NCBI GenBank assembly: GCA_951406725.2
Contig: OX597815.1
Coordinates: 89,590,001 to 89,654,000 of the forward strand
Direction: 5' to 3'
DNA: 64,000 bases
Origin: Octopus vulgaris
Lineage: Eukaryota
Shown: positions 39,062 to 52,179 of the stretch, in pieces
Layout of the letters: each line of letters begins with the position of its first letter
How positions within the stretch are numbered: the first letter of the stretch is position 1
Notes under the pieces: model-generated
The model's input: the letters and a program-made list of their open reading frames with translations, nothing else
Told to the model about the DNA's origin: nothing
Database searches by the model: none
Translations under genes and position numbers: made by a program

Positions 39062-41537
39062 TAGGCATATACATTCATACTTTTCTCCTAACTAGAAATA
39101 AATAAAACTACAGGCTTAACGTAGTCAGAAGTTTTATGTTCTGGAGATTATAAAATACTCACACGGGCCTTCAAATAGTTAAGACTAGTTTATAAAAAGT
39201 TTCTCGAGTCACGACGTTTAGTCATGTAAATAAGATCTGATATGATATTGTGGGAATTTTCTTTTTTGATTGCAGAAACAACCGAGTTTTTTTTTTCCCC
39301 TAAGATACGATGTACATCAAGGAAAATACGCATAAAATGCTTAAGATGAACATATGTTGGTTGAAAATTTCAACAATATTTACATATTTTTCCGTAGTCA
39401 TTATATGTGTGCGAATGTGTATTGTTTATGTCATAAAAATTTATAAACTTTAAGAGACGTAAAATAATTCTCCTTTAGTGGTGCAATTCGAAATAGACAA
39501 AGCTATAAATAATAATCCACACTCCTTTATATAAAGTTTTATCTAATATGGGTTTTGCTGTCAAATACAAACACATACACAGGCATACACACACACACAC
39601 GCGCGTGCGCGCGCACGCACGCATACCCACATACATATATAACATTTGTTATTGTTTTTACAGCAAATGCTGCGTAGTCATTTGCAAATGCGATGTTAAA
39701 CATTCTTTAACTTTATAATGAAAATTGCTGGTGTATGAGGCCATATAGTCAAATAGCTCCTATCATGCGTGATAAGGATTGGGAATTCGACCGTGTCAAT
39801 AGTAAAGATTATCACATCACTTCTATTTGCTAAGGAGGGGCCTGAAGTTTCCCCTCTATTAACTACGGTAAACCCGTTTTTGGTAGAAGCGGATGAAACC
39901 TTGATGAGAGATCTCTGTATCTCCAATCAATGCCTCATTGACTTCATCATATGCCATTTGAAGTGGAAAGAAAATTAAAATTCGGGCGAAAATTCGAAGC
40001 TAGTGCGTTGTAGCTACCTTGTAGATTTTATTAAGGCTATGGCTAGGAGGACAATCAAAAAAAATTTAGAGGCAATAATCAGAATGCAGTTTGTGAATTG
40101 CTGCATGTAACTACGCTGCAGCTATGAACAATATTAATAAATGCTTTAAATAGACACAAAGCCAGAAAATTTTAGAACAGGTCATTAATCGATTTACTTC
40201 GAGAGCAGCATTTAACTGTTACATAAAAATATCAAATTAATCTCACCGTGATTCTCAGAAGGTAAAATAACCGTGGAATTATAGCTCTATGTCATTATGT
40301 CTAAATATCTAGTGATTACCCTAATCTACCGCTCCTGATCAATATTGATAAAAGAACTGGCACCTGTCAAACAACAAATATAATAGAAGCACAATCAGTA
40401 CCATGATACACGCATGTCCCTCAACCACCACTTACATACACACACCCAGGAAAATGATGGAAATCATCCACATCAGTCTCGCTTGGTTCTAAGTTAACTG
40501 ATTTTCACAAAGAGAAGTAATAAGCAGTTCGTCATGAAAGAGCTACACTCTTTTCTTGAGAAGTTTACCTTTAAACCCTTAGGAATCGATGAAAGGAAGT
40601 ACATTTGTAGTAGTGCGACAGATGTATTTATTAAATCTCTCTCCACAAAATTGTCGTTGTGTCTAATTTGGAAAGTGTTATTAGTGCTATTTAGAATCCA
40701 ATGAAATATATGCATTTATGTACAGATGTAAATGTGATTAATTAAACCCTTTCAGATACGTGAGTCTGTTGACGCTATATATTTTGTCATCATTAAGAAG
40801 AAAAAAACGCTGGGCAGTAAGCCATACAGTATTTTATAATGTCTGTTCGCATTTTAACTTCCAATTCTGACGATATTAAAGCTGTCTTTCGTCGCTTTTG
40901 CGTTGATAAAATAAGAACTGTCAAAAAAACTGAAGTTAATAGAATTCGCACCTTCTTTCTTCCAGTATATTCCCATGCCTTTATAAGTGTTTTCCTTTTT
41001 CTTTCATAATTTCGAAATAGGCTTTTCAAAAGATTAAATGAATGTTAAAGTAAATACTTCGCTTCTTTACATCCTACCAAGCTCCCAGTTCATATTTCAT
41101 AATCCGACATCGTGGTTCCGTTTTCCATGCGTGTAAGGCATTACCGAAAATTTATTTCACTAAAAGCAAAGAAACATTCAAAAATACAATTAGCATCAGA
41201 GTAAATCACTATTAACGTTGATAAATTTGACGAATTCTTTTGTTGTTGAGATAGAATAACTGAAGGTAGCATATATGGAGATATGAAGAGAGAAATTATT
41301 GATAGAAAAAGAAATAGGAGACATAAGAGTAGAAGAAGGAGCGTTATGTGTATTAATATGGAGACAATGCATTGCTTCAGAACAGAATGTCTACAGGGAA
41401 TAAGGTTTGGTTCATTATCAGGTGTTGTTTACATGAGACGAACGAGACTCAGCTGTTGTTACATAATAAGATTGAAAATAAAGACGTTAAATTGGAATAT
41501 CTATATACAGGAGTATATGTTTGAGTGTGTGCGTATC

Positions 41538-41580
<43 letters not shown>

Positions 41581-41814
41581 GTGTGTGTGTGCGTATGTTT
41601 GTGTGTGTTTGCGTGTGTGTGTGTGTGTGTGTGCGTATGTATATATAGTTATAATGACTACTATAATTCATCAATAAGGAAGGAATGATAGAAAATATTC
41701 AGCCCAAACCAGGATAATGAACAAAAAATATTTTAGCTCACGGGAACAGAAAATAATGTTCCCTTTGAGTATAATATAATTAGAAACCATTATTATTGGT
41801 ATTTTTATAATCTG

Positions 41815-41872
41815 CATCATCATCATTATTATTATCATCATTATCATCATCATCATCAACACCACCACCACC

Positions 41873-41903
<31 letters not shown>

Positions 41904-42070
41904 TCAACAACCCCCTCCTCCTCTTCTTCTTTTTCTTCTCCCCCTCCTCATTTTTGTTTTTTCTTCCCCCCTCCCCCTCTTCTTCTTTTTCTTCTCCCCT
42001 CCTCCTCCCCTCCTCTTCTTCTTTTGCTTCTTCTCTCCTCTTCAACCTCCTCCTCCACATCATCATTTTG
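41815..42070. repeat. Compound trinucleotide microsatellite (ATC)(ACC)(AAC)(CCT)(CTT)
   Basis: Direct reading; explains the ORF at 41671-42303. Confidence 0.95.
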
Positions 42071-42299
42071 ATTTCCCTCGCCCACTCAATAGGGTTACCA
42101 GCAGAAGCTTTTCTCCAATCTATTTTGACTTGTGAGCCATTTTTGCAGAAGCTAGAGGCGTTGAGAGGGAGAGAGAGGGAAAGGGAGATGTCCTTCAAAC
42201 GGTGATGCGACGAGCCGTGCGAGCACATGTGATCTGCTCTTCGTGCACGGATTACGATGGATTTGACACCAAAAGAAGAAATAAAATTTGTTATCAAGA

Positions 42300-42900
42300 A
42301 CATGCATTAACTAATACGGTACGCTTGCAAGTCAGTGTTTGAACAAAGATCCACACCGATGACTAGTGGTTTGCATGACCGACGGTCTTAATGAGTTGCT
42401 TGAATATTGGTGAGAGCCAAAACTCTGGGAGAAGAACTTAGATGAGGTTATAAAGACAGTGGCTGGTTTCATCCAAAAAAGGCTTAAAATACAGTGTTCC
42501 TGGAAGATCATACAGACGTGATAAAGGCATTTAAAAAATTTGTCCATTGCCATACAACCGTTGCACATTACGCAGTTTTCATCTGAGAATAATGGAACTT
42601 CCCCTCTGTCGTTAGCTGTTGACTGAAGAAGTTCCACAAATCAGAATAGAATTCCCACCTGTTGCCAGCGCTCTCTTCACAGATGACTCAATATGAGAGT
42701 ACTATATGCCGTTAATGATAATGCACAGACATTCATTGATACTATAGTATCTGCAGACATTCACTGACAATATTTTTGGCTTTTACCAGTCATGCCTTTC
42801 GACAACTTATCTCTTTGACTAATTAGTTTCTTGAATCTGTCTAAACCATGACTATTATTTAGCATAATGTCAGATTCTCTCGTTCCTCTCTCAAGCTGCA
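42300..42900 (+). mobile_element. Possible Helitron/Helentron Rep fossil
   Basis: Broken frames give PL..VD...IRIEF..QR.SLH and FIDTIVSADI, resembling Rep motif 2 (RIEFQxRGxxHxH) and the following ID..ISA. Confidence 0.35.
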
Positions 42901-42924
42901 TTTTACTAAGGAAATATCAGTATT

Positions 42925-43500
42925 TTGAGCGGGCGGCATGTTTCGCCTTTGTATAACCTACCAGATTAGCACGGGATGGAGTACACGCAGTTTTTGGTCA
43001 TATTCTCTCGGTGGTTTTACTCGAAGGGGTACACATTTCGAAAATATTTCCTTCGAGTAAAACCACCGATAGAAGTGAATATGACCAGAAAACCGCCTGT
43101 ACTCCATCCCATGCAGCTGTGGAAGGTTATACAAAGGCGAAACATGCCGCCAACTCAATATAAGGGTAGAAGAATATTACAGAACTGTGACACGGGGAGG
43201 TATTGATAAATAAGAGCTGATCATGTATGGAAAAATGGAGACCACCTCCCCCTGTGGGTTGAAGTTAAAATAACAGAAAGAGAACACCACTGGAAAATAC
43301 GAAAACTAAAAGAAGCAGCACATATACTAGGATACAACAACCCCCTAAGTAGACCGAGTGCAGATATGAACAGCATATAGGAACCGGTATTAAGGAAGGA
43401 TAGAAAAATATTAAATTTATAAGCCCTAAAATTTATTCCATAATTGCTCACGGGCATATAGCGTAGTGGTTAAAAGCACTGGCCTTAATAATGACCTGAA
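42925..43500 (+). mobile_element. 5'-truncated Penelope-like element (GIY-YIG end) with an inverted duplication at its 5' end
   Basis: LYSIPCSCGRLYKGETCRQLNIRVEE...ADHVWKNGDHLPLW.EVKITEREHHWKIRKLKEAAH; 42925-43027 is the inverse of 43049-43158. Confidence 0.88.
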
Positions 43501-43539
43501 TAACAATAATAATAATAATAATAATGATAATAATAATAA

Positions 43540-45431
43540 CATAGAAAAATATTTTAGGAATGAGAAATTTTTAAGAAACCATAAGAAAATTGTTTGCTTT
43601 AAAACTTGAGATTCAATAGAAAGCATTTTGCGTAGGATATCAACAGTTCTCATGAGCACTATCTTTTGAATTTCTGCCATTTTGGGGTTTCCTGGTATCT
43701 GAGCTAGGTAGCAATCAGCCCCTTTTGCTATCATTCCCGGGACACCTATGACGACAGGTATTGTTTTTAGTTTTCAGGTTCCACATTTTGCTAATTTCTA
43801 TTTCAAGATCTTTATATTTTTTCAGTTTTTGCTAAGTCTTGATAGATACGTTTATATCGATTGGGACAGTCATATCAATGAGGAGGCATGGCTTTTGTCT
43901 GAAGTCTTTCAATATGATATCTAGCCTATTCGCATGTATCTTTCTGTCAGTTTGAATGGTGACGTTCCAGAGTGAGATGTGATCATTTTCAAGCATTGGA
44001 GGTGGCTTGTGTTCCCACCAGTTTTTATTATGGGGCAAGTCCAGGCTTTTGCAAATTACCCAGTGAATATATTGTGAAGCCTGTTGAGATACTCTGTAGG
44101 CGCAAGAAGACTGCACTTGGAGACATCATGATTAATGGTTTCATTTTGTAGCTGACATACACCGCATGTTGGGCTACTGCCGTTCTTAAATATGTTGGTC
44201 TAGTAGTTCCTTGTAGGTAGGTATTGATCTTGAGCTGCTATGATAAACCCTTCTCTTTCAGATTTTAAGCCAGAGGCCATTAGCCATTGATGGGTCAGGG
44301 CTATGTCAACATATGCATTATTCACTCTCTCTAGGTATTTGCCATTGAGAGGTTTTTCTTGCCATTTATCATTCAGAATATCTAAGGCAGCAGTTTTAGC
44401 ACGGGTTTTCATGCGCTTAGCTATTTCTGCGCTTGTTTCTTGTGTGTCTAATTCCGAAATTGGTTGTATTCGGAATTCACAAATATTCATTTGCCTGTTT
44501 TGGTACTGAGTATGATGCTTTCTTGTTTTCATGTTTTGATACAAGTTTAACATCCAGTCCTCAGAGATTTTCAGGTAGGTGTCTAGGCCAATTGTGGTAA
44601 TTTTCATTGTTATTGCTAGTTGTTATTGCCTCCCTCTTTTCTTGGCAGATAAAATCGTTCTATGCCTTAGGGTGGTGCATTCTATGAATTTTCAACAGTT
44701 TTCGTATTTTTCTGTCAAGATTACATATTTCACTAATTGACCAGTTAACGATATTGACACTATAAGTCACGACTGGTATGGCTAAAGCATTGATCGCTTC
44801 GATCCTGTTTCTCGCATTCAGCTCTGTCTTGAGTATTGCTCTTACGCTGCGATAACATTCTCTCCTGATCCTTTCCTTCATCACTGAATGCCTTATTCCG
44901 TCCCCTTCTATTACCGCTAGGTACTTTTAGCTCTCCGCCGGGGTCTAACACTTTTATGACATTCTGCTGGTCAAGGTTAACATTAGATGTTTCTGTTATT
45001 TTTCCTTTGTAGCTTTTGAACATTTATCGAGGCCAAATTGCATTCTGATGTCATCACTGAATTGTTTAACAATCGCTAGTAAGCCCTCGAGTTGTTGGTC
45101 ATTTTTTGCAAAGAGCTTTAAATCATCCATGTAAATGAGATGATTTATATTATTATCAAACATTTTATAACCATACTATGCATCATTGAGCAGTTTTGAG
45201 AGAAGTATTAAGGCTAAACAAAAGAGGAGTGGTGAGAGTGAGTCACCCTGGAAAATGCCACATGAAATTTTTACATCACCAGCATTTAGAGATTAATTGT
45301 CGCTATTCAAAGTTAATGTAGTTCTCCATGATCTCATACTTATATACAGGGTAGGCGCTATTTTATACATTTGCAGGCATTTCTTAATCCACCTATGTGG
45401 TAGGCTATGAAAAGCTTTTTTATAGTCTATA
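43540..45431 (-). mobile_element. R4/Dong-like RLE non-LTR retrotransposon, 5'-truncated (unit 1)
   Basis: IDYKKAFHS, GIFQGDSLSPLLF, YMDDLKL, AINALAIPVVTYS, EGFIIAAQDQ, IQTDRKIHANRLDII...LIDMTVP. Confidence 0.92.
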
Positions 45432-45456
45432 GTTGTTGTTGTTGTTGTTGTTGTTG

Positions 45457-45489
<33 letters not shown>

Positions 45490-45491
<2 letters not shown>

Positions 45492-46060
45492 TAGTTTTAT
45501 TTTTATAGCGTGCTTTCACTTCACTACCGAGCGCAGCTCTGTGTGCCTTGGGTATGTGCTGTGATTTGTTGTGATGCTCTGATGGTTATTGTATGGAAAG
45601 TGTTCTGCGTAGGATGTGTGCAGTGCCTAGTAGTGCAATTTTCTGTATGTTATATGTGTTTGTAAGTCCTGGTGTTTTTGTTATGTATTTGTCTGAATAT
45701 TTTTTTATCATGCCTAATGCACCTACTATGATAGGAAATGTTTCTGTTTTCAGATTCCATATTCTAGTTACCTCTATTTCCAGGTCTTTGTATTTTGAGA
45801 GTTTCTCCATTTCTTTTAGAGACACGTTGTCATCTGCCGGTATTGATACATCAATTAGAAAGCATTTTTTTCTTCATGAGCTCTGACAACTATATCTGGT
45901 CTGTTGGCCTTAATTTCTCTATCTGTGTGTATCGGCCTATCCCAGAGTATGGTTGCTTTCTCGTTTTCTGTGACCTTTTCTGGTGTGTGCCTATACCATC
46001 TTTTTTCTGTTGTTATTCCATAATGTTGGCATAGCTTCCAATGTATGTAGGTTCCAACTC
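45490..46060 (-). mobile_element. R4/Dong-like element 3' fragment (RLE domain plus 3' UTR) between (TAA)n tracts (unit 2)
   Basis: NRPDIVV...KEMEKLSKYKDLEIEVTRIW...PIIVGALG...IQKIALLGTAHILRR. Confidence 0.9.
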
Positions 46061-46128
<68 letters not shown>

Positions 46129-46129
46129 G

Positions 46130-46679
46130 AGTGAGAGATCAGTAAATGCCATCAAAGTGACATTGGGGTACACATATACGAAGCCCAGTATACCCGTCTG
46201 ATAAGGGAACACCAGGCACATGCATCACAAACATATGTGTGCGACTTGGTGATCGCATATCAAGATACACAGCACATGACCTTGCAGGTGGGGGCCCAGT
46301 TAGAATATTCTTCAGGTTGAGTAGCCCATCCCGCTCAAAATGTACTTATATGAGGGTTGTTTAAGAATGTTAAACGAAACAGCCATGTTTCCAGAGGTGA
46401 ATTATCCAAACCCCCCAAATTCCTCTCAACACATGGCTATGATGCTCCCCCACTACTTCTGCTCGTGATCACAGATGTACATATCGTCAGCCACTAAGGG
46501 ACATGCTCAACCGATTAAGGTCAAGTAACAGACAAGAAAAACTGAGGTATTGAGCAGAATATTTGCTGTTTCCCATCATTTGTACCAAGAAAAAAACAAT
46601 CTACACGATAACACTTCTAATCTTCCAATCAGTAAAGATCAGAAGACATGAGGTCCACTACCTGGTACTGTATCACGAC

Positions 46680-46680
<1 letters not shown>
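46130..46680. mobile_element. ~550-bp non-coding element flanked on both sides by long (TAA)n tracts (unit 3)
   Basis: GC-richer block with sharp borders at (TTA)n 46061-46128 and 46680-46756; no recognisable coding motifs. Confidence 0.55.
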
Positions 46681-46759
<79 letters not shown>

Positions 46760-46767
<8 letters not shown>

Positions 46768-48260
46768 GCCTTTGCACAGCTTCTAACGCTGGAGATGTAT
46801 TACAGTGTCAGCTGTTCAACTACCAGTGGACTAAAGTAACACCTCTTATTTTTCGAGCACATTCCGGAGTATTTGCTGTTCCAAACAGTGCTGTTTTCTG
46901 CAAGTGTTTCACCCTTATTACAGCCCCTATTTGTTCCACGTACTTCTCGAGATTTTTGTTCACTGTTCCTAGGGACTCCGACCATTATTGGTACTACTGC
47001 TACCTTTTTCATCGATCACAACTGCTTAACTTTCCAAGCTACCTGTCATGTCTCTCAACGTTTCTTTCTTCCTTATCGCATACCTTGTTGTAAGCTCGGC
47101 ATGCTATATCTATGATCCAGAGTAGTTTGTTTTCTTTCTCAATTATGACTGTGTCCGGTTTCTTATTCTCTATCTCATGCTCGCACTGAATCATAAAGTC
47201 CCATAAGATCTTTTCATTTCCATTTTCAACGATGCCTTAAGGTTTGTGGTCGTACCAAGTTTTTGCTCTGTCAAGTCCATATTTGTTGCGAAGTTTCCAA
47301 TTCACAAGCCTGGCTATATTGTCGTGGCGTCTCTTATACTCCTTCTAGGCTAGTGGCGTACATATGCCATAGGGTTTCACCATTTTGTCCACAGATTCTG
47401 CACTTATCACTTTCTGCTGTGTTGTCTATTCTATATTTTATGTAGTTTGATTTTAGTGCATGCTCTTTGGCAGCACAGATTAGAGCCTCCGTTTTCGGTT
47501 TTAAATCACTTTTAGTCATCCACAACCATCTTTTTTTCTCTGTCTCCCTATGAAATTGACCATGCATTCTTTTCTTTACCCACCTATTTTCAGTTACATT
47601 CGTTTTCAAATTCTTGTATGGTGCTTTATCTTTGCAATCTTTCATCCTACACAAGCCTTACCTTCTTACTTTTAGTAATATCAGTTCTGTGGCATACCAT
47701 GCTATGTTTTTGTTTCTGATCTAATGCAGTGTTCGCATGTAACTGATTCGCTTCTAACTGATTCATTTTCTTGGTACATAGATTCTGTCTGTGTCACTTT
47801 TTGGGTGGAGTGACCTATATCTAGTTAGCAACTTCCTTGTCTTTCTGTCTAAGCTGTTTACTGTCCATGCGAGAACCACTGCACCATATCTAAAGAGTGA
47901 AACCGCCGAGGTGTTGATAGCTTCGATCTTATTCTCTCCGTTTAATTTCGACTTTAGGATCAGTCTCAGTTTGTGCAAGTAGTCCACCTTAACTATTTCT
48001 TTCATTTCTTTCTCCCTCAATTTATCCATTTCCAAAATCCACAAGTACTTATAGCCCGTCTCTTCTATCCGCTTCATAACCTCCCCCGACAGTATCGTTA
48101 GCCCGTCCATACATTTGATTTTACCTCTCTTCAAGACTAACACACTACACTTTCTCAGTCCGAACTCCATTCCGATATCAACACTGAAGGTATACACCGT
48201 ATCAACGAGGGAACTGACTTGGGCTTCATCTTTACCATAAAGTTTGAATTCATCCATGAC
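46760..48260 (-). mobile_element. R4/Dong-like RLE retrotransposon, 5'-truncated, different subfamily (unit 4)
   Basis: MDEFKLYGK..DIGMEFGLRKC, KIEAINT, HPKSDTDRIYVPRK, MHGQF, TEALICAAKE, CRICGQNGETLWH, KPDTVII. Confidence 0.92.
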
Positions 48261-49120
48261 TTTTTAATTTTGAATTTCTGAATTTCTTTTTCTTTTGGAA
48301 TGTTTTTTTTCTTCTTTAAAGTTTTGCTGTGGTTTACAGTTTGTGTAGTTGAGCAGTATGTATATATTGGCAGGTGCCTACTTCTTCAATTTTTTATCGT
48401 ACATTTAATTGTGTTGCTACAATAAAATGCATAGTTACATATTCTGTTAGTCAGGGAAGAAGGGAAGACAAAATGTTCACACAAAATTCGAGATATTAAA
48501 GTTTCTAAATTTGTTGAGATGTTCATTTGTATGTCCAAAGCTGTAGATATGTAAGAAAAGATCCATGGTGGAAACGAAGATTATAGGCAGGGTCTAATCT
48601 TTTCTTCCTCCTACTCTTCCCAAAGACTGGAATATTCACAAATTCCTGTGAATCTCTATTCAATCTGGATGTAGAAAAGCGTTACGGTCAGTTATTTTGT
48701 AAACAAAAGAATGATATGCACTATCTGATACTTAAACGGAACAAGTTATCACTCTCAGACTGGTCCGGTTGGCAAATCTTATGCATCTAAAGGGCGAAAA
48801 GAAATCTCAGCCGTGAAACTGGTTCCGGTCTGCAAGTACTTTTTACATCTCTAATCGACGAACGGGTAATCCTACGCCTGCAGCAGGTAGCATTTGAAAA
48901 AGGGATTGGGACTAAAGATCTTGTGACTTCAGTTTAAGAGAGAATCCGGGTCTAGCGAGTTTTTAAGGATCTTTGCCCGCTCTACTATGAAAAGTTTGTA
49001 TCGTCCTCTCCTGTTTATGTAGGACCCCGGTTGCTTTATTATTCTCTGTTTAATTTCGTACGAAGTTGCTTCATCCTCGAGGCGCCACATTTGGCAGCTA
49101 CATTAAGCAGCAGAAATACC

Positions 49121-49356
49121 TATTTCTTTATTACCCACAAGGGGCTAAACACAGAGGGGATAAACAAGGACAGACATAGGTATTAAGTCGATTACATCGA
49201 CCCAAGTGCGCAACTGGTACTTATTCAATCGACCCCGAAAGGATGAAAGGCAAAGTCGACCTCGGCGGAATTTGAACTCACAACGTAACGCAGACGAAAT
49301 ACCGCTAAGCATTTCGCCCGGCGTGCTAACGTTTCTGCCAGCTCGCCGCCTTATTA
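49121..49356 (-). mobile_element. Full-length tRNA-derived SINE family B with a 17-bp TSD
   Basis: TSD TAAGCAGCAGAAATACC at 49104-49120 and 49357-49373; B-box GAGTTCAAATTCC; Nin-like GCCTTTCATCCTTTCGGGGTCGAT. Confidence 0.95.
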
Positions 49357-50906
49357 TAAGCAGCAGAAATACCAGCATTGACAACAACTTCATAAAGAAA
49401 TTATATATCCACCAATGCGGTGTTGAGCATTCGTATTCATCGTTCGCAATTTACGTATATATATTTGTGTGTATATATGCATTTGTCATTTTTGTTTCAC
49501 TATATACTCGTCATATTTATAAAAGCTTGATCTCTGTTTCCAGACTATATATCAATTTCTTTTCATTTTGTTTTGTTGTTGGGGAAGGCTACGCAAAACT
49601 AACAAAACAAGAAGTCTGTTTCAACATCACTATGCAAATGATGTCTCGAACTAATGTTTGTTGTGAGATTGTTGATGAAAAAGTAAAAAATGTTTAACTA
49701 CTTTTTTGCGTCTAGCGTACCCGCCAGGGATTTGGGACCGAGCAACTGATAACGACTGTAACTGTTTCAAATTCATCTATATTACTATCGCGTATTCACG
49801 TGCTCTCTAAAATCAATTACATCACGCGTCAGGAAGATTTCTTTTAAAGTCCACGAAAAATACTTTTGATGTGTGTCAAAGTATGCAAGTGATAAAAATC
49901 AGCGTGATTGTACTGACGCTATTTTGCTGTAAATTATCTTTAATAATTTATTGTGTAAAACCACCACAGGCACAGCTAGAATGTTTCTTCTATTTTTGAT
50001 TACATTGTAATGCAACAATAATATTATTAATATAAATGCAAATAGTAGAATATGATAACTTATGACATAAACCTATACTGTATGACTCTCCAATCCCTTG
50101 CCTCTGTCATTTCAATAACTTGCATATAATTACACTATAAAAATATACACAGTTGCAAAATTTACATCATGGCGACTGCAATTTCCACCACTGACAACTC
50201 ACTAACAGCATCACAACCACCATCCGAGGTGTAAACTATTTTCAAGTTCATTATTTGCCATTAAAGGTTTTTGGATATTGAAAAACAATAAAAGCATTAC
50301 GTAATTGAAGTTTTATTGTCAAATACCCTTCAAATCAGAAATAAAAATTAAAGTAAAATAAAAGAGAAGAACACTATGAATGAACACAAATTTTATTACT
50401 AAATTATTATTTCTAGATTCAATTTTATTCTGCTTTTCTCAAGATTTAACATTTCTCGCGTTTAGTACATCGGTATTATGATATTTGTTTATCAGCTTCT
50501 TAGAGTAAATTTACAGCTCTAGTTTGACAACACTGTGTGTACTACTTAACTGTGAAAAACGAAGGAAATCATAAATACAAACACAATTACATTCACAGAA
50601 AAACATGCTTTTAAATTTGATCTATACATTACCTCGTTCCCTTATCCATTTTTCATCGATTGGAAAAAATAAAAAATAAATTAGTACAGAAAAGAATACA
50701 TGTCAGGAAGAAATATATATGTATATATCACACAGACACAGATTCATATACTCATACATATATACATAAATATATTTATTCATATGCATATATGTACGTA
50801 TTTATATATCTTATATATAAGTATCTATCTATATATATATATATATACACATAATATATATATATATACACATAAACAAACACACATATATAGATGTACA
50901 TGTAAA

Positions 50907-50958
<52 letters not shown>

Positions 50959-51025
50959 TATATCTATATATATACGTATTAGATATATCTATATATATAC
51001 GTATATATATATATATATATATATA

Positions 51026-51113
51026 AGTGTGTTTGTGTGTCTGTGTGTGTATCAGAATATATATATATATATATATATATATTCTGATACACACACAGAC
51101 ACACAGACACACT
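51026..51113. repeat. 88-bp palindrome centred on (AT)n
   Basis: agtgtgtttgtgtgtctgtgtgtgtatcagaat-(AT)n-attctgatacacacacagacacacagacacact, one mismatch. Confidence 0.92.
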
Positions 51114-51573
51114 CACACATATATTATTAGGTTTCTTGGTAAACATATCTTCATATTTAATGGACATATTGATTTCTCTAGATGGTGGAAATAATGAAAT
51201 TATGTATGTGAAAGAGAATCACACATCATATGTCTGTTTGGGAGTGATTTTCCTCCGATGCCGTAGCAAATTACAAAATTGTCTACGTTTTTCTCATCAT
51301 GATAACCTGTTCTTCTATTGCGTTGTTTACTGTTCATCTAGACGTAAATACCGTCATTACTTTCAATCGATTTTATACGTGCATACAAGCATACTCATTG
51401 CCATACACAGACACCGTCACTGTCACACATATAGTCCAATATACAATGCAACATACGCACATATATGCATATGGGTGTGTGGTTCTTGGTGTTTGCCGGC
51501 CGCTTCTATTTCAAAGTATATGTGTGTATACATACACTTAAACACGCACATACACACAGACACACACACACAC

Positions 51574-51606
<33 letters not shown>

Positions 51607-52179
51607 TAGACACGCACATATAAGTTAATATGTATTATTTACACGTGCATAAGTATGTACGTATTTGTATTATTTTTCTGTTCTCTTATACACATAAACC
51701 CACACACATGCACATGTATGTATGCATGTATATGAAAGCATAACATAGCTCTCATGATTCTGTATGAAATGTCGAAGCAGTAATTATGTGTCTATCGACC
51801 AATGTTCCCTCTTCACTCATTTGGTAGTTCTCCTTCCCACACTCACCCTTCTCTCTTTCTCGGCGGAGAGGGAAGTTATCATTAGCTAATTTTTAAAGGA
51901 ATTCGCAGTATGTTCTGCATTTTGCACATACATTTCTGATATTTAACCTGTTTTCCTAAATATTATTATACATGCAACATGCTGATACACGTGTGTGTGT
52001 ATGTCTGTATCTATGTATGTATACAGATACATACGTATATATATACATGTAATTATATGTATAAATACATATACATATATGTGTGTGTGTGTATATATGT
52101 GTGAGTGTGTATGTGTGCAGGCGCGTGTTTCTGATGATATGAACGTTTGATAGTTGTGGTTTATATATGGAGGAAATAC

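Noticed and set aside
39696-39978. Overlapping short ORFs in a GC-richer patch, considered as a host exon
   Set aside because: No recognisable domain or convincing splice pair; it cannot be excluded without RNA-seq
49206-49697. 163-aa ORF, and similar ORFs containing PRKDERQSRPRRNLNS
   Set aside because: Antisense read-through of SINE family B
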